From Perkinsela sp. CCAP 1560/9 (Eukaryota > Protista > Euglenozoa: Kinetoplastea): a stretch of 55,884 bases of DNA. Position 1 is the first letter of the stretch. The number at the start of each line of letters is the position of its first letter. The stretch covers positions 1 to 55,884 of the forward strand of contig CBFFSA010000050.1 of assembly GCA_965644495.1 (NCBI GenBank), written 5' to 3'. Under the pieces are notes generated by a model that was not told the DNA's origin, did no database searches, and saw only the letters and a list, made by a program, of their open reading frames with translations. Shown piece by piece: positions 10,811 through 23,182 of this stretch. The position numbers and the translations under genes are program-made.

Positions 10811-11240
10811 GAGGGCTGAAACCACCTGGGTTTGCCTAGGTTTGCCTGGGTTTGCTAATTTTCAATATTGTATTAGGCAACTCAATTTCTTCCTTGGCGA
10901 AAAGCACAGTATATTCTTTAATTCTCTTTTCGTGCAATAACTTATTTTCCTTAGATTCACCCAAAAAAATATATTATTCATGATCTTTTGGCGGTTTTTC
11001 TTTTTTAGGCTTTTCGTTAAATGCGAAGGTAGTTTTCAACGCGAAGCGCGCAGCATGAGTGACTGAGGGGTGGGTCACTTTTCATTGGGGGGGGGTTATG
11101 ATTCTGCAAAGTTACATATTAATCTGAAAAGTTACATATAGCCGAAAAAACTCCAAGTACCATTGCCATTGGTTTCTCTTGGGACCTGACTGGGTTTGCC
11201 TAGGTTTGCCTGGGTTTGCATTTTACTGGTTTCAGCCCTC
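10811..11240. mobile_element. Harbinger-like MITE
   Basis: TIR GAGGGCTGAAACCA, TSD TAA, direct-orientation GGGTTTGCCT repeats at both ends. Confidence 0.85.
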
Positions 11241-12347
11241 TAAAAAGGTACCCGGTACATTAAGTCGTACCCCCGTTTAGGAGGTATAATAAGTGTCCCT
11301 AGATATAATAACTTTGCTTTGCAAAAACGACAACAAAAATTTCGCGTTCTTCAAGAACTTCGCGTTCTTTTTCGTATTGCCCACAACATGTTATGATCCA
11401 TTTGCAAGTTTTCCTCTGGCGCCTGCGGAAACGTGCGCGAGTGTGGGGGGAAGATTATTTTCTGGGGCTTCAGGGGTAAAATAACACGAAATGCCACGAA
11501 TACAACCGGCGGAAGTATAAAGGGGGGAGTGACAGTATTTTCGTGGTTACTATACCCCAACTGGTCAAAACTCTTGACAATGTCAATCTGATTTCTTGGT
11601 AAGTTTTCCTCATCAAACGCAACATTGAAATTTACGCGTAGTGAGGGGAAAAGATTGTGTTACTTAGTAGTCGACAACAAAGAGCATGCACCAGCATGCT
11701 TTTACGTGTCCAGGCGAAGAATTAACCCTTTCGGAGTGTTTATGTTAGGGTGATCGTCCGTAATCCCGTCTTTGTGGCATAAATCAGGGGGGAAATCAGA
11801 AAAATTGAGAAAAATGCAAGATTTTGTCTTCCAAAAGACACTGTTCTATGTGCATTCGAAAATAACGCAGAATGCATCAAATAACGCAGATTCTGTGCCT
11901 GCACGTTCATGAACCCTGTTTGAGAGCTCTCGAATGCGCTATAACTTTCCAAAATGGGCCAAATTTTACAAATTTTAGACCCCTCCCACGTCCAAATTTA
12001 CGCTCCTGTAAGTTCTGCACCTGCCTCTGATGCAGTAGGGGGGGGTATAATAAGGACCCTAGGGACACTTATTATACCTAGGAGGTACAATAGGTGTCCC
12101 TAGGTATAATAACCAGGATGATGATTTATTAAAAAAGTGACACAAAATGCACTAATTTTTACCACTCGATATTTTACGACACGAATTTTTACGAGCACTG
12201 TAGTTAATTGTATCAATGCACGAAATGCTTTTCACCTTTGAGTTACTGTCCCCGCTATTTACTATTGCGCGCTCAAAAAAAACTTCTTTACAACTGATAA
12301 TATGTTTTGTGTAATGCTCTTCTTTACTGCTCTTTACACCGTATAGT

Positions 12348-13745
12348 ATGCGTCAAATAGCTTGCTTTGGTGCCGGTCACGTAGGGGGATCTACAATGGC
12401 AGTTCTTGCAAGTTACTGGCCTGAAATAGATGTATATATTTATGATAAGGATCATTCAAAAATCGAAGCCTGGAATAGTTCATCTTTTCCCGTCCATGAG
12501 CCAGAATTATGTAATATAATTGAGTCCTGTCGGGGACGAAATCTGTTCTTTACTACGTGCCTGCCGAAGGCCTTAGAGGGGGCGGACTTGATATTTCTCT
12601 GTGTCGATACACCCCTAAAAACGACCTCGTTTGTCGAGGACGATGGTTGGTCCAATTTAACGCAATGTGTCAAGGACATGGCAGCCTTGTGTACTACAAC
12701 GTGTACGATTGTCCTACGAAGCACCGTACCGGTGGGATGTTGCGACCACCTACGTCGCCTACTCGAGGAGCAAAACCCCACACTCGACTGTAGCGTGATC
12801 GCCAACCCAGAGTTCCTCTCCCTCGGATCCGCCATCCGTGATCTCACCCACCCCACGCGTGTCTTAATCGGCACTGCGGGAGGTGAAAAAGCCGGAGTCG
12901 CTGGGGAGCAGCTCCGTGAGCTGTACCTCCGATGGGTGGATAAATCCCGGGTGTTGCTCACCAACCAGTGGTCCAGTGAGCTGGGGAAACTCGCGGCCAA
13001 CGCGATGCTTGCCCAGCGCGTGTCCACGATGAACACCATCCGCACCCTCTGCGCCACCACAGGGGCAGATATTGATGAGGTAACCCAGTCCCTGGCCCTG
13101 GACCCGCGGCTGGGGTCCCAGTATCTTCGTTCCGGCCTCGGGTTCGGTGGTCCGTGCCTGGAGAAGGACCTGCGCATGCTGGTCTACCTGTGTGAGAATC
13201 TGCACCTGCGGGAGCTCGCGAGGTACTGGACCGGGGTGCTGGAGATCAACGAATTTACGCGCCGACGTGTAACGGAGGCCATTTTAAGAGAGAACGTCCC
13301 AGTACCTCGTGTCGTCGCGGTCCTGGGAATCGGGTTTAAACCCGGGAGCGGGGAATGTACGAATAGTCCAGCGTTACATATTGGCCGGAGATTGCTTGAA
13401 AGTGGGTGTCATATTCGCGTGTTCGATCCGCATGTGGCAACCGCTGACATAGTGCAGGAGTTCAAAAAACTGAACATTCTGCGGATTGAGGAGAGACTTA
13501 TTTACCACGCTCAGTCGGTGGAGGATGCTTGTCGAGGCGCCCACGTGTTGTCTTTCTTAAATTATTGTCAGGATTTTGAGCAGATCGACCTGGACGCTCT
13601 GTACGAGGTGATGCTGCCACCCCGTTTTCTGGTTGACGCGGTCGGAAATTTGGAGAAATGTAGTATAAACCATTCGAAATTTAGATCTGACATGGCGTCA
13701 TTCAAAGAGAAGGAAGTATTGAACATTTTTGGAGGAGCCATGTAA
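12348..13745 (+). CDS. UGDH: UDP-glucose 6-dehydrogenase
   Basis: Rossmann motif GAGHVG, RSTVPVG, NPEFL, SSELGKLAANA, catalytic GFGGPCLEKD; 465 aa, intronless. Confidence 0.92.
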   Translation: MRQIACFGAGHVGGSTMAVLASYWPEIDVYIYDKDHSKIEAWNSSSFPVHEPELCNIIESCRGRNLFFTTCLPKALEGADLIFLCVDTPLKTTSFVEDDGWSNLTQCVKDMAALCTTTCTIVLRSTVPVGCCDHLRRLLEEQNPTLDCSVIANPEFLSLGSAIRDLTHPTRVLIGTAGGEKAGVAGEQLRELYLRWVDKSRVLLTNQWSSELGKLAANAMLAQRVSTMNTIRTLCATTGADIDEVTQSLALDPRLGSQYLRSGLGFGGPCLEKDLRMLVYLCENLHLRELARYWTGVLEINEFTRRRVTEAILRENVPVPRVVAVLGIGFKPGSGECTNSPALHIGRRLLESGCHIRVFDPHVATADIVQEFKKLNILRIEERLIYHAQSVEDACRGAHVLSFLNYCQDFEQIDLDALYEVMLPPRFLVDAVGNLEKCSINHSKFRSDMASFKEKEVLNIFGGAM

Positions 13746-14135
13746 TGACTTTCAACGATTCGGCAGCACTTCCTTATTTGGTTAAAGATTAGTTACAGTA
13801 AAAAAAATCCATTTTTTCACATTTTGTATACCGATTGTGTTTGATGCTTTCTACCTTTACGGGGGCTTATACGTGGGTGGGCGCCTTCGGAGTGGGGAAG
13901 TCCAAATTTTGTATAACTTGTTCAATTTTGGAAAGTAACAGCACATTGGAGAGCTCTTAATATTTTACCCGATATACCGTTACACAGAAACAGTATCTTT
14001 ATCCCAGAGAGACGATTGAAAAGAGATTATTTCAATCACTGCCCGATCTTCTCCCTCTATCTTCCACACCACCTTTCCCGTCCACACCACCTTTCCCCTC
14101 CACACCACCTTTCCCCTCCACACCACGCCACATTA

Positions 14136-14255
14136 CACCCCCGCCAAAAAGTATTGTAATTTATTAGTATCGACCAAAAATTCGTGGTCGATACTAATAA
14201 ATACATTATTTTTTGTGTCGGTCATTTTTGTGGAGAATACTTTTTGGCGGGGGTG
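14136..14255. mobile_element. Tc1/mariner-type MITE
   Basis: TIR CACCCCCGCCAAAAAGTATT, TA TSD, internal palindrome TATTAGTATCGACCA/TGGTCGATACTAATA. Confidence 0.8.
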
Positions 14256-14429
14256 TAACCCTCAACCCCACTCTCACTCTCCTCATCAACCCCCAACTTG
14301 AACCTCAACCTTCAACTTGCAAAGAGATTCTGTTCTGATTTTCAGGTCAAAAAATGCTTCTATTTTGATCGATCCCAACGACACCAACCCCCTACTCCCC
14401 CTCTCATTAATTTTTATAAATATAAATTA

Positions 14430-14607
14430 CTGTCCCCCCATTTAAGCGCACCCGGTCAGACCCCCCCGTTTAAGCGCACATAGAGTTGAAGGACAGAGCC
14501 CGGCGCCGCGAAGCGGCGCCAATTTTTTCTTAATGTAGTGATTCAGACCCCCCCGTTTAGCGCACTTTTCGCGGAAAACGAGGTGCGCTTAAACGGGGGG
14601 GGGGCAG
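14430..14607. mobile_element. pogo-like MITE (copy 2, both ends intact)
   Basis: TA|CTGTCCCCCC...GGGGCAG|TA; highly similar to 9416-9594. Confidence 0.85.
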
Positions 14608-15291
14608 TATGACAAAAATGAAAATTTATATTTATATTTACATTTATAAAAATTAATGAGGACAACACTTTAGCTGATAGGATGAACCAATTAGTTTCGC
14701 TGTAAGGATAGATTGCGGTAAGGTAAAATAGATTGCTGTAAGGTAAAAGAGGATAATAATGAGATGTTAACGATAAATATTTTCTTAAGCGCCCATAGAG
14801 TAATGAAGGGAGGGCTAAGGTACAAAAGGCTGCGGGGTAAAAAAGGCTGCGGTACAAAATGCGCTGCGGGGAAAAATAAAGCCAAGCCCCTTGTCCGAAG
14901 TGGGGTCAAAACATTTCGGGGATATCCCCCTGGTTATCTAGGGAATCCCCCTAGTTATCTGTCACACGTCACCCCCCTAGTTATTTGTCACTTTTTAGCG
15001 CTTCGAATTTTTTTCGTCGACTACCCCCTCCCTCCTAGTTATTTGTCACTTTTTGAAAATGGGTCAAATACTTTTTGCCAAAAAAATCATAAAAAGTTTA
15101 TGAAGTCCAGTCCACTTTGAGCAATCATCAAAAGTGGTGTCGTCCACCACCACCACCTCCTCCTCTCGATAATAACATTGGGACAGTGGACACTAATTCG
15201 GGGACACCGGAAATATTTGCACATGTGGTACTTCCTCTGCTTTTCTCAACTACTTCCCCGTATCTTCGTTCTTGAAATTTATCAAAACATA

Positions 15292-16861
15292 CAGGGGTGA
15301 AAACTTCCATCTGGGGGGGTCTAAAATTTGTAAAATTTGCTCAATTTTGTAAAATAATAGCGCATTGGAGAGCTCTCGCAGAGTTGTATGTCTTTGGCGT
15401 ATTCGGAACGCTCGACTTGAAAGATTTAATCTAATGACAAAAAAATATTTTTTTTTTCTTGTGAAAGTATGGCAATTTTTTGTTTTTCCCCATTTTATGC
15501 CTCAAAAGCGAGTTCGCTCAAGGACTTCCCGTGGTGTTTTGAGAGCACGCTCCTATGCCTCACCAGGGAAGATTAAGGAAAGTCATAGGATGCTTCTTGT
15601 GGCGGACTTTGAGAAAACAGAGTCTTATTCCCGGACTGCCCAAAATTTTGGTGTCCACGAGGGAACTGTGAAACTCTGGGTGGAAAGATTTAATTGCACT
15701 GGCGACGTGGCCAGTCCATCCCCTACGCGCCAACCTAGGGTCACCACCTCTGATCTTATGAAAGTATCTTTAAAGCTTATTGATGACGCTTATCGTGACC
15801 TTCCTTATGGTATCTCCACTTGGAGCGAGCTCTGGAGAGAGGTAAAGCGACGTGGCTTCATATGTTCACTAACATCCCTAAGGAACATGTTGAAAAACTC
15901 AAAAGAAAAAATTGTGCTCAGAACAGCTTTAAAGACCCCTTTCTTATCTAATAATCATAAGGAGCGCAGAGTGCAATTTGCCACTGAAATGCTACAGTGG
16001 AGCGACGCTGCGCTGGAAAATATTATTTTCTGCGACGAAAAAAAATTTACGTGCAAAAGATCCACCCGACCCACGTACCATTGCCGAAAATCTGACCCCC
16101 CCCAAAGAACAAACAGGGGAATTAGAACCCTATCATGGTGGAGAAGGTACTATGGTTTGGATGGGGTGAGCTTAAAGCATGGGTTTCATTTACACGTCTT
16201 TCCTACCCATGATTCTCAAGGAAACAAAGTAACTGTAAAGGGACAAATTTTTTATGAAGCCATGAAAAAAAGGGGGGGTCTGTTCCAATATTTAAGGAGA
16301 CATCGGGCCACAATAGTGATGGACAATTGCCCGGCACAGAATAAGGCTCGTGCCGCGGCCCAAGAAAAGGGTTATTCTTGGCTCCGATGGCCAGCACGAT
16401 CCCCTGATCTAAACCCCATAGAAAATCTTTGGTCAATAATGGACGGGACAAAGGACCAAATTCAACCCAAAAATCAACAACAATTACTCTCCGCAATTCA
16501 TGATTCCTATGATAAACTTAAGACAGAACAAATATCCAAATTTGAGAATACGCTAAAAAGCTTCAGAAAGCGTTGTAGAATCATTGTAGAAAAGAACGGT
16601 GCACATTGCGGATACTAACAGGGGTTACTAACAATCTTTTTGGGGGGAGAAAACGTTACTTTTTAACTTTTTTGTATCATTTTTCAAGTGACAATTCGAG
16701 TTTTTGACCTATTCGGCATTTGTAGTTCCACTTTGATATGTTAAAAGCTACCAGTACGAAGACATACAACTCTGCGAGAGCTCTCGAATGTGCTATTATT
16801 TTACAAAATTGAAAAGTTTTTACAAATTTTAGACCCCCCCAGATGGAAATTTTCACCCCTG
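15292..16861 (+). mobile_element. Full-length Tc1-like element
   Basis: ~110-bp TIRs CAGGGGTGAAAA..TCCATCTGGGGGGGTCTAAAATTTG; TA TSD. Confidence 0.93.
15497..16618 (+). CDS. Tc1 transposase (DD32E); open frame with an apparently compensated double frameshift
   Basis: MPQKRVRS..., FCDEKKF, MDNCPAQ, WPARSPDLNPIENLW; the conserved GGEGTMVWMG block lies in another frame (~16130-16169). Confidence 0.85.
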   Translation: MPQKRVRSRTSRGVLRARSYASPGKIKESHRMLLVADFEKTESYSRTAQNFGVHEGTVKLWVERFNCTGDVASPSPTRQPRVTTSDLMKVSLKLIDDAYRDLPYGISTWSELWREVKRRGFICSLTSLRNMLKNSKEKIVLRTALKTPFLSNNHKERRVQFATEMLQWSDAALENIIFCDEKKFTCKRSTRPTYHCRKSDPPQRTNRGIRTLSWWRRYYGLDGVSLKHGFHLHVFPTHDSQGNKVTVKGQIFYEAMKKRGGLFQYLRRHRATIVMDNCPAQNKARAAAQEKGYSWLRWPARSPDLNPIENLWSIMDGTKDQIQPKNQQQLLSAIHDSYDKLKTEQISKFENTLKSFRKRCRIIVEKNGAHCGY

Positions 16862-19478
16862 TATGAGCAGCACCGACCCGTTATGTCCACTGAGACAGCT
16901 ATTCAAGTTCTTCAGAAAGACGCCCGTGTGCTCAAAGCAGACGTGCAATACCTAGCGGAACAACTCTGGGGACGAATAAGACGTACTGTTGACGAGTATG
17001 CATTTTTTGGTCTAGCAATTGATGCAGACATCGACCCTGTACTCCGCGAACATGTTCTTGTAGCGGTTCTCTATGTGGGACATCATCAATGGCTCATGCC
17101 ACCGATGCATCACCCGAAGTATGGCGCTTTCAGTGGTAAGGATACCGCCGAAATTGTTATACGTGAATTGCAACACTGTCTGGAAGAAGCTCGTCTATCC
17201 AAACTGGCGTATCTCATAGTCGATGGATGCGCAGTGAACCATGTAGCTGTGAACCATGTTGGTCTCGCTATGAAGCGAGTGGTGTGTTACTAAAAGTATT
17301 TGAGAGCATTGTTCCTCTTGGAGATGCAGATTGGAATGACTTTGTGACAAATTTCCAGGCTTCACATCCCCACATTGTCCTAATTCCGTGCATTGGGCAT
17401 CTTCTCAACAACGTTGCGAAAGACGCATCCAAGGATTATGAAGATATTCTTCTTGTCCAGCTACGAAAGTACTACACTCAAGCATTTCATGGTCAAGGAA
17501 CTCGACGAGCGGAGTATGCTGGTGTTGCTCTTGAAGTTCGACTTACTGAGTTTGACGAAACTTCGCAGTCCGCCGAAGAAACCTTGTTCCAGTGGTATGG
17601 AATACTTGGATCAAAGCAATTGGACGAGACTTCAAAGGAACAAGCACTCGCGACCTTGCGGAATGCCCTAACTTCTCTTTCCAGAGTTATCCCCATGGCA
17701 CAAAAATTGCAAGAGGAAGCTAAGCGTGAACGCGTACGTACGACACCTAAACTTGGTGGTGTCACGCGCTGGATAGCGGATAAATTCACGTGGGTTGAGT
17801 ATATATCAACAGAATTGCCAACAATTGCTAAATTTGTAACCCACATAGTTAGCAAACCTACACGCATTCCTCCTGCGTCCATATGCTCATGCTATGACAT
17901 TCTCAAAGTTCCTGGCGCAGTTGACGCAATCATGTCTGAGGGGAAGGCTTTTTTAAAGCGATTGGAACCTCTGCGTACTTCCCCAAATCTCTTTTCTGAC
18001 GAGAACAACGTCGCCATTGCGACGTGTGTTGAAAGCACACTTAGTATGCTTCGTAAGGAAGGGCCTTCAAATCCTCCACTCGCCGCTGCTCTCCAGCACC
18101 ACGAGAGTCGTCTCAACAAAAATCACGCAACTCCATTTTGGAAAGACGTTCGTTGGCTAAGCCCTACATTCATCATATGGACGACACGAACGCAAAATTA
18201 TGCGCCGATCACTTGTGCTCGAGCAAACGATCTTCTAAAGAATAATGCGCCCATGTTTCACTGCACAGAGGCGGCATGGGAAACTTATGTGACACACGAA
18301 AATTAAAAGTGGCCTGGAGGAGCTTGTACGGACATTGAATGGTGGGAGAAAGTAGGGCGCTACGATTTTCCGGAAGTCTACCCTCTTGCGCAACATTATC
18401 TGTTTGTCCCGCCGGTTGTCACATATTGTGATTCTGTGCTTTCAATGATGACACACAAGTACAATTCTAGGCAAGCGTCCATGACCCGGAAACGTTTCAA
18501 TGCAAATGTTTCTTCACGCCAACAGCAAGTCTGTCGCGGAACTCATGGATAGCCATTTTTAGTATTAAGCAGCCAGGTATCAGCAACCCTGTATAGTATT
18601 TTTAGAGCACACATCCACAGCTCTGTTTATAAAATAATAGTATTAAAATCTCTGTTTGTTTCTATCCTCTCATCGTATCTAAGGGTTTCTGTCGTTTGAC
18701 GTGGTGTCGCGAACATGTAATGTTTATCGGTTTTAGTAGTAAGTGACCAGGGATTAGCAACCCTGTAAAATATTTTTAGAGCACACATCCACAGCTCTGT
18801 TTACTTAATTATCCTCCCATCTTATCTAAGCGTTTCTGTGGTTTACCCTAGTGTCGCGAACATGTAATATACAGGATCGAGGGCTAGTGACTAAATGTGT
18901 ATACAATATGTGTATAAACTTATGCATTACATGTACATGTAAACATAATCTAAAATATATTTAAGTTAATATGTATTATATTTTATTACATTCCGTTACC
19001 ATGATATGCTAGTAGAAGTAGTATTAACTTACTCTTACTAAGTAAGAACTCCTTGTTCTCACCCCTTGTCTTCACCCCTTGTCACCGTGCCGTACCATCA
19101 ACCCTTGATATCACTCCTGTCAGCACCCTCGTTAGTACTGTTTCATGAACCATTTCATGAAAACAGTGGTTCATGAAGTGGTTCATTGGTTCATGAACCA
19201 CCAAGGTATGTAAAATGAAGTTTGCATTTTCTCTTTTTGTGTTTCAAGCGAATGGTCGTGCGTGGTGCTATTATTTTTGAGGAATAATAATAAAAGTGGA
19301 ATAGCGTTTTTAGTCGGTGGCGGATTGTCAACACCAACGCACCGCTTTTCTTTCAAACAAGAAATTTTTTTGTCATTTCCAGTGCACCACTTTTTCCTAA
19401 AAACTATATTCTCATTTCCAATGTACCATCAAATATTCAGAGAAGTACTATATTATAATATCCTTCGAATTCATACTA

Positions 19479-20061
19479 AAGGGGGGGCTCGTTTATTGCT
19501 AACAATTTTTTCGAGCAGTTTTTGCTAACAATAATCGAATGTTAACAATAATCGAACTTTTACCCTCCAATGTTAACATTATACGAGTTGCAATGAAAGT
19601 TCGAATGTTGTTAACAATGGGGGGTATTTGGGCACTCCCTGGAGGTCGCTGAAGGTCACTGGCAGTCGCCGGAGCTATTAACGAGTCTCCAATGACACCT
19701 CTTTAGGAACTACGCAGTTTTCAATTGCCACCCAGTTTCATCTAAAACTGAGTTGTGGGAATCGAAGTGCGATGTCGGGTGAGGTACCGTTTACTTGCCT
19801 TCTCAACGTTTTATCTCTGGATGCTGCCATCGTCGGGCGACTGAAAGTCTGTTGTTTCAATAAAATTGTTTCGCATTTCGTTAAGCGCATCATTTTCCTT
19901 ATCATGAACGCTATAAAACATGACCATAGGGAACAAAAAATTCAAAAGTCACACGAGAAAACCGAAATTAATTCATTGTTAACAATAATCGAATGATAAC
20001 AATAAATGAATTTATTGATTGTTAACAATAAACGAATGTTAACAATAAACGAGCCCCCCTT
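19479..20061. mobile_element. TA-flanked non-autonomous element inserted just upstream of the IS30 ORF
   Basis: TIR AAGGGGGG(G)CTCGTTTATTG(C/T)TAACA, TA TSD, internal TTAACAATAA repeats. Confidence 0.8.
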
Positions 20062-20066
20062 TACAA

Positions 20067-20363
20067 ATGCGCCTTTATTCAAGACTTAGTCTTTACGATC
20101 GTAATCGTATTCAATCACTCTTCGCATCTGGCGAGAGTCGGAGGAGCATAGCTCGCATAATTGGCAAAAGTCACAGCACTGTTTGTCGCGAGTTGGTGCG
20201 TAATGCAAGAAGGGGTCAGCGCTATGAGGGGATGAGAGCACAAAGCATTTCAAAACTTGACAAACCGCAGACGAGCAGAAAAGGAGTTTCGGCGTTCGAA
20301 TCCAAACAATTTGCCACACCGCAGAAAAGGCACACCGCAACAAACTTCAACGAACACATTTGA
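20067..20363 (+). pseudogene. IS30-family transposase N-terminal HTH fragment
   Basis: YSRLSLYDRNRIQSL...SRRSIARIIGKSHSTVCRELVRN...RYEGMRAQ is a typical IS30 N-terminal HTH; no catalytic domain follows. Confidence 0.8.
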
Positions 20364-21818
20364 ATGGGAAATCTCGCGCCCTGCCGCACTTCGACCCTGG
20401 AATGCTTTCCCAATGCACTCGGATTCCTCTGTTGCTGAAACATCTTCGTCGAGCTTGACAAACCACAGAGCATTTTGTAAAGGTGAATAAATTCTTGTCT
20501 AATAAAGTTTCATACTCAAATCTTACACGTGTACTACGCTTTATTTAAATACTCTGGGTAAGTTTTTATGGTGAAAGGAAAAAGGAACGATGTTCGACTA
20601 TGGTGAGGCGCAGAAAAAAGGAACGATGATCGACTATGGTGAAAAAAGTGGTGCGCTGGAGTTGAACATCCGGGGGTTCGTTAAACGCAGTGGTTGTTTT
20701 CAAAATAGAAGTCATGCTGCGCGCTTCCCGTTGAAAACTACTTCCGCGTTTGACGAAGTGACAAAAAAAGAAATTGTTCAGGAAGGATTCCAGCCAAAAC
20801 TAGCCGTTTTTTGGGTGGACATACACCCCCTCTCATAAATAATGATAATGATAATAATAAATTTTCTGAGATTATCATTATTACTATCATTATCATTATT
20901 TATGAACGCAATAAGGGGTGATGAGAAACAAACATACATCTGTGTAGTATATTTTTGTCTACGAAGGGAAATTCTTTGTCTACGAAGGGAAATTCTTTGT
21001 CTACGAAGGGAAAAAGTAAGACAAGATTAAAAAGATTACGGAAAAAATCTCGAGCTGACATGGAGGAGTAACGATGGAATGAAAAGATTTTGATAATTCG
21101 CATTTTTTAGTGAGAAATGGCGTGCCATGGCTCCAAAAAGGGCTATCTTGTCGTGCGGTATGCCCTCCACCCATACCCCCCCCCCCATGGACCCCCCCTA
21201 GAGCCCCCATTTTTTTTCGATTTTGGACCACAGGAGACCGCTTTTAATACTTTTATATTTTTTCTTTCCTCTTTAAACGGTGTTACAGGATGACATACCC
21301 CCCGATACGTTATCTTGTTACAGGAATGTTATGCTGTTACAGGTATGTTAACTTTTATGCCATCATTTCTTTGAAGAATATGATTTACGAACTCAAAAAA
21401 TTATGCGTATTTTACTCCTCAATTTCAGGACAACTACGTCTTCGAAAATACTACTGAATTGTAGAGACATAATGAACAACATGACGTTCAACTGTTCTAG
21501 ATTCCGTGGAAGGAGGAGAGGAGCGTTCTTCAGGAGTAATATCCGTTGGTGGTTTGAAAGAGTAAAGAGGAACGCCAGGATACGGATTTGTTCACGGTTT
21601 TTCATCATTTCTTCGGGACTAAGTCTATTGATACACATCTGCTTTTCAGTATTTCATGACCACCGCGAAAGTACACGTACTTCCAGGAACGCCTCCGTGC
21701 TGTAACAGAGAAGTGCAACGGAAGCTTACAAAGACATAAAAGTATTCCTTTGGTGAGAGTGTTTTCGGATTTAAAACTTGTTTGCGAAGAAATTATTCTT
21801 ACGGCCTAATTTGCAGTA

Positions 21819-23182
21819 TATTTAAAATAAACCCCCGCTCACGAATAAGTGACTCCCCCTTATTTTTAGCACAGGGGGGCGTGGGTGGGTTATCATACCA
21901 CTTTTTCGTTCAAAATTTCGAGATCTGCACGTTCCCGCTGTTTTCAGCTCATTTTAAAACTTTAAAATTTAGTCAAAAAAAATAATTGGTTTTTCAACTT
22001 TTTTTTCCAAAAATGACCAAATCACCATATCAGCTCCCAAAAGGGGAGCTTACGGATAGTGGCAAGGTTCTTCTGAAGATGAGACAGGGAGAAGGTGTTC
22101 CGATAAAACAATTATCCCGTGATTTTAACGTCTCTAGAAGGATAACCAAAAAATATCTGAACGAAAAAAAATGTAGTGGGGAATACACTTTGAGTCCTGT
22201 GACCATTAAAAAAATCGAATCTCGCAAAAAGAAAATTGAAAAGATATTGGCTCCTCTCGACCCCGCTGGGGTACCAAAATTCAATTCTTCAAGGCGTATA
22301 AACGGCCAAATGTGTAAAAAAGGTATAAAAGTTTCGCAAAGCAATGTAAAGCGAGATCTACCATAGCTGGATTACAATTATGCCGCTCGGCCAGTATGCC
22401 AAGGGCTTACCGAACGACAAAAGCAAAGAATAGTTCAATTTGCTTTGAATTACAAATTGGATACTGCCCGTGTTATTTTTACGGACGAAAAGATATTTGA
22501 TACCAACGATAGCAGAAGACACATGTGGGTAAAGCGCGGTCAAAAAGCAGCCCCGCGTCAAAAAGTACGTTGGGCACCAAGATGCCAAGTTTGGGGTGCT
22601 GTAGGAGTGGGCTGGAGGTATTTGGTTACTCTACGAAATGACACATTTATTACAAGTGAGATGTACATAGAAACATTAAAACAGGTAGATTTCCCCCCTA
22701 ATAGTGTATTTCAACAGGATGGGGCAACGGCACATACTGCCCGTGCCTCCAAAGAGTATATTGAGAATCGAATGAGTGATGTTTTAAGAAACTGGTCCCC
22801 CAACTCGCCCGACCTTTCCCCAATAGAAAACGTCTGGTCTATGGTCCAAGAGGCGGTAGACGAACAAACGCCATCGGACAAACCTTCACTTATCCGATGT
22901 GTACGTAAAGCATGGTCTTCTTTAACGCAAAAAGTGATCGACAAAACAGTATTAAGTTTTGATTCTCGACTTAAGGAGTGTATAAGATTGGAGGGCGAAA
23001 AAGTGAAAAAATGGTAATTCTTCTCTAAATTGTGCGTATTCGTTTCTTTTTGTCCCATTTCTTCACGCGCAAAGTCCTTGTGTTGAGATCTGCAAAATGC
23101 AACAAAAATCAGCTCAAACGGACATTTGTACGAAAAAAAAGAGGGGGGTCACTTTTCGTGAGCGGGGGTTTATAATTTAATA
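21819..23182 (+). mobile_element. Tc1/IS630-like element (DD35E)
   Basis: TIR core TAAACCCCCGCTCACGAA..AGTGAC..CCCC at both ends in TA context; exact ends uncertain by a few bp. Confidence 0.85.
22013..23017 (+). pseudogene. Tc1/IS630 transposase (DD35E), frameshifted
   Basis: IFTDEKIF, QVWGAVG, QQDGATAH, WSPNSPDLSPIENVW; N-terminal part in another frame. Confidence 0.88.

Larger units (their letters stand above)
15105..18552 (+). pseudogene. hAT-family transposase interrupted by a Tc1 element, with frameshifts and a stop
   Basis: Removing 15292-16861 plus one TA gives FLKFIKTYEQHRP; FGLAID, LIVDG, CIGH (CxxH), TRW and C-terminal WW..FPEVYPLAQHYLFVPP dimerisation motif. Confidence 0.8.
19321..20672 (+). 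mobile_element. Decayed IS30-family element
   Basis: Imperfect ~29-bp IRs CGGATTGTCAACACCAACGCACCGCTTTT / AAAAGTGGTGCGCTGGAGTTGAACATCCG, GG on both flanks, IS30 HTH remnant inside. Confidence 0.7.

Noticed and set aside
11920-13960. Capture of UGDH between Tc1 TIR remnants
   Set aside because: The remnants are oriented as the end of an upstream element and the start of a downstream one, so they do not enclose the gene
16090-16170. Programmed frameshifting in the Tc1 transposase
   Set aside because: Two compensating indels near homopolymer runs are more simply mutation or sequencing error; cannot be resolved without reads
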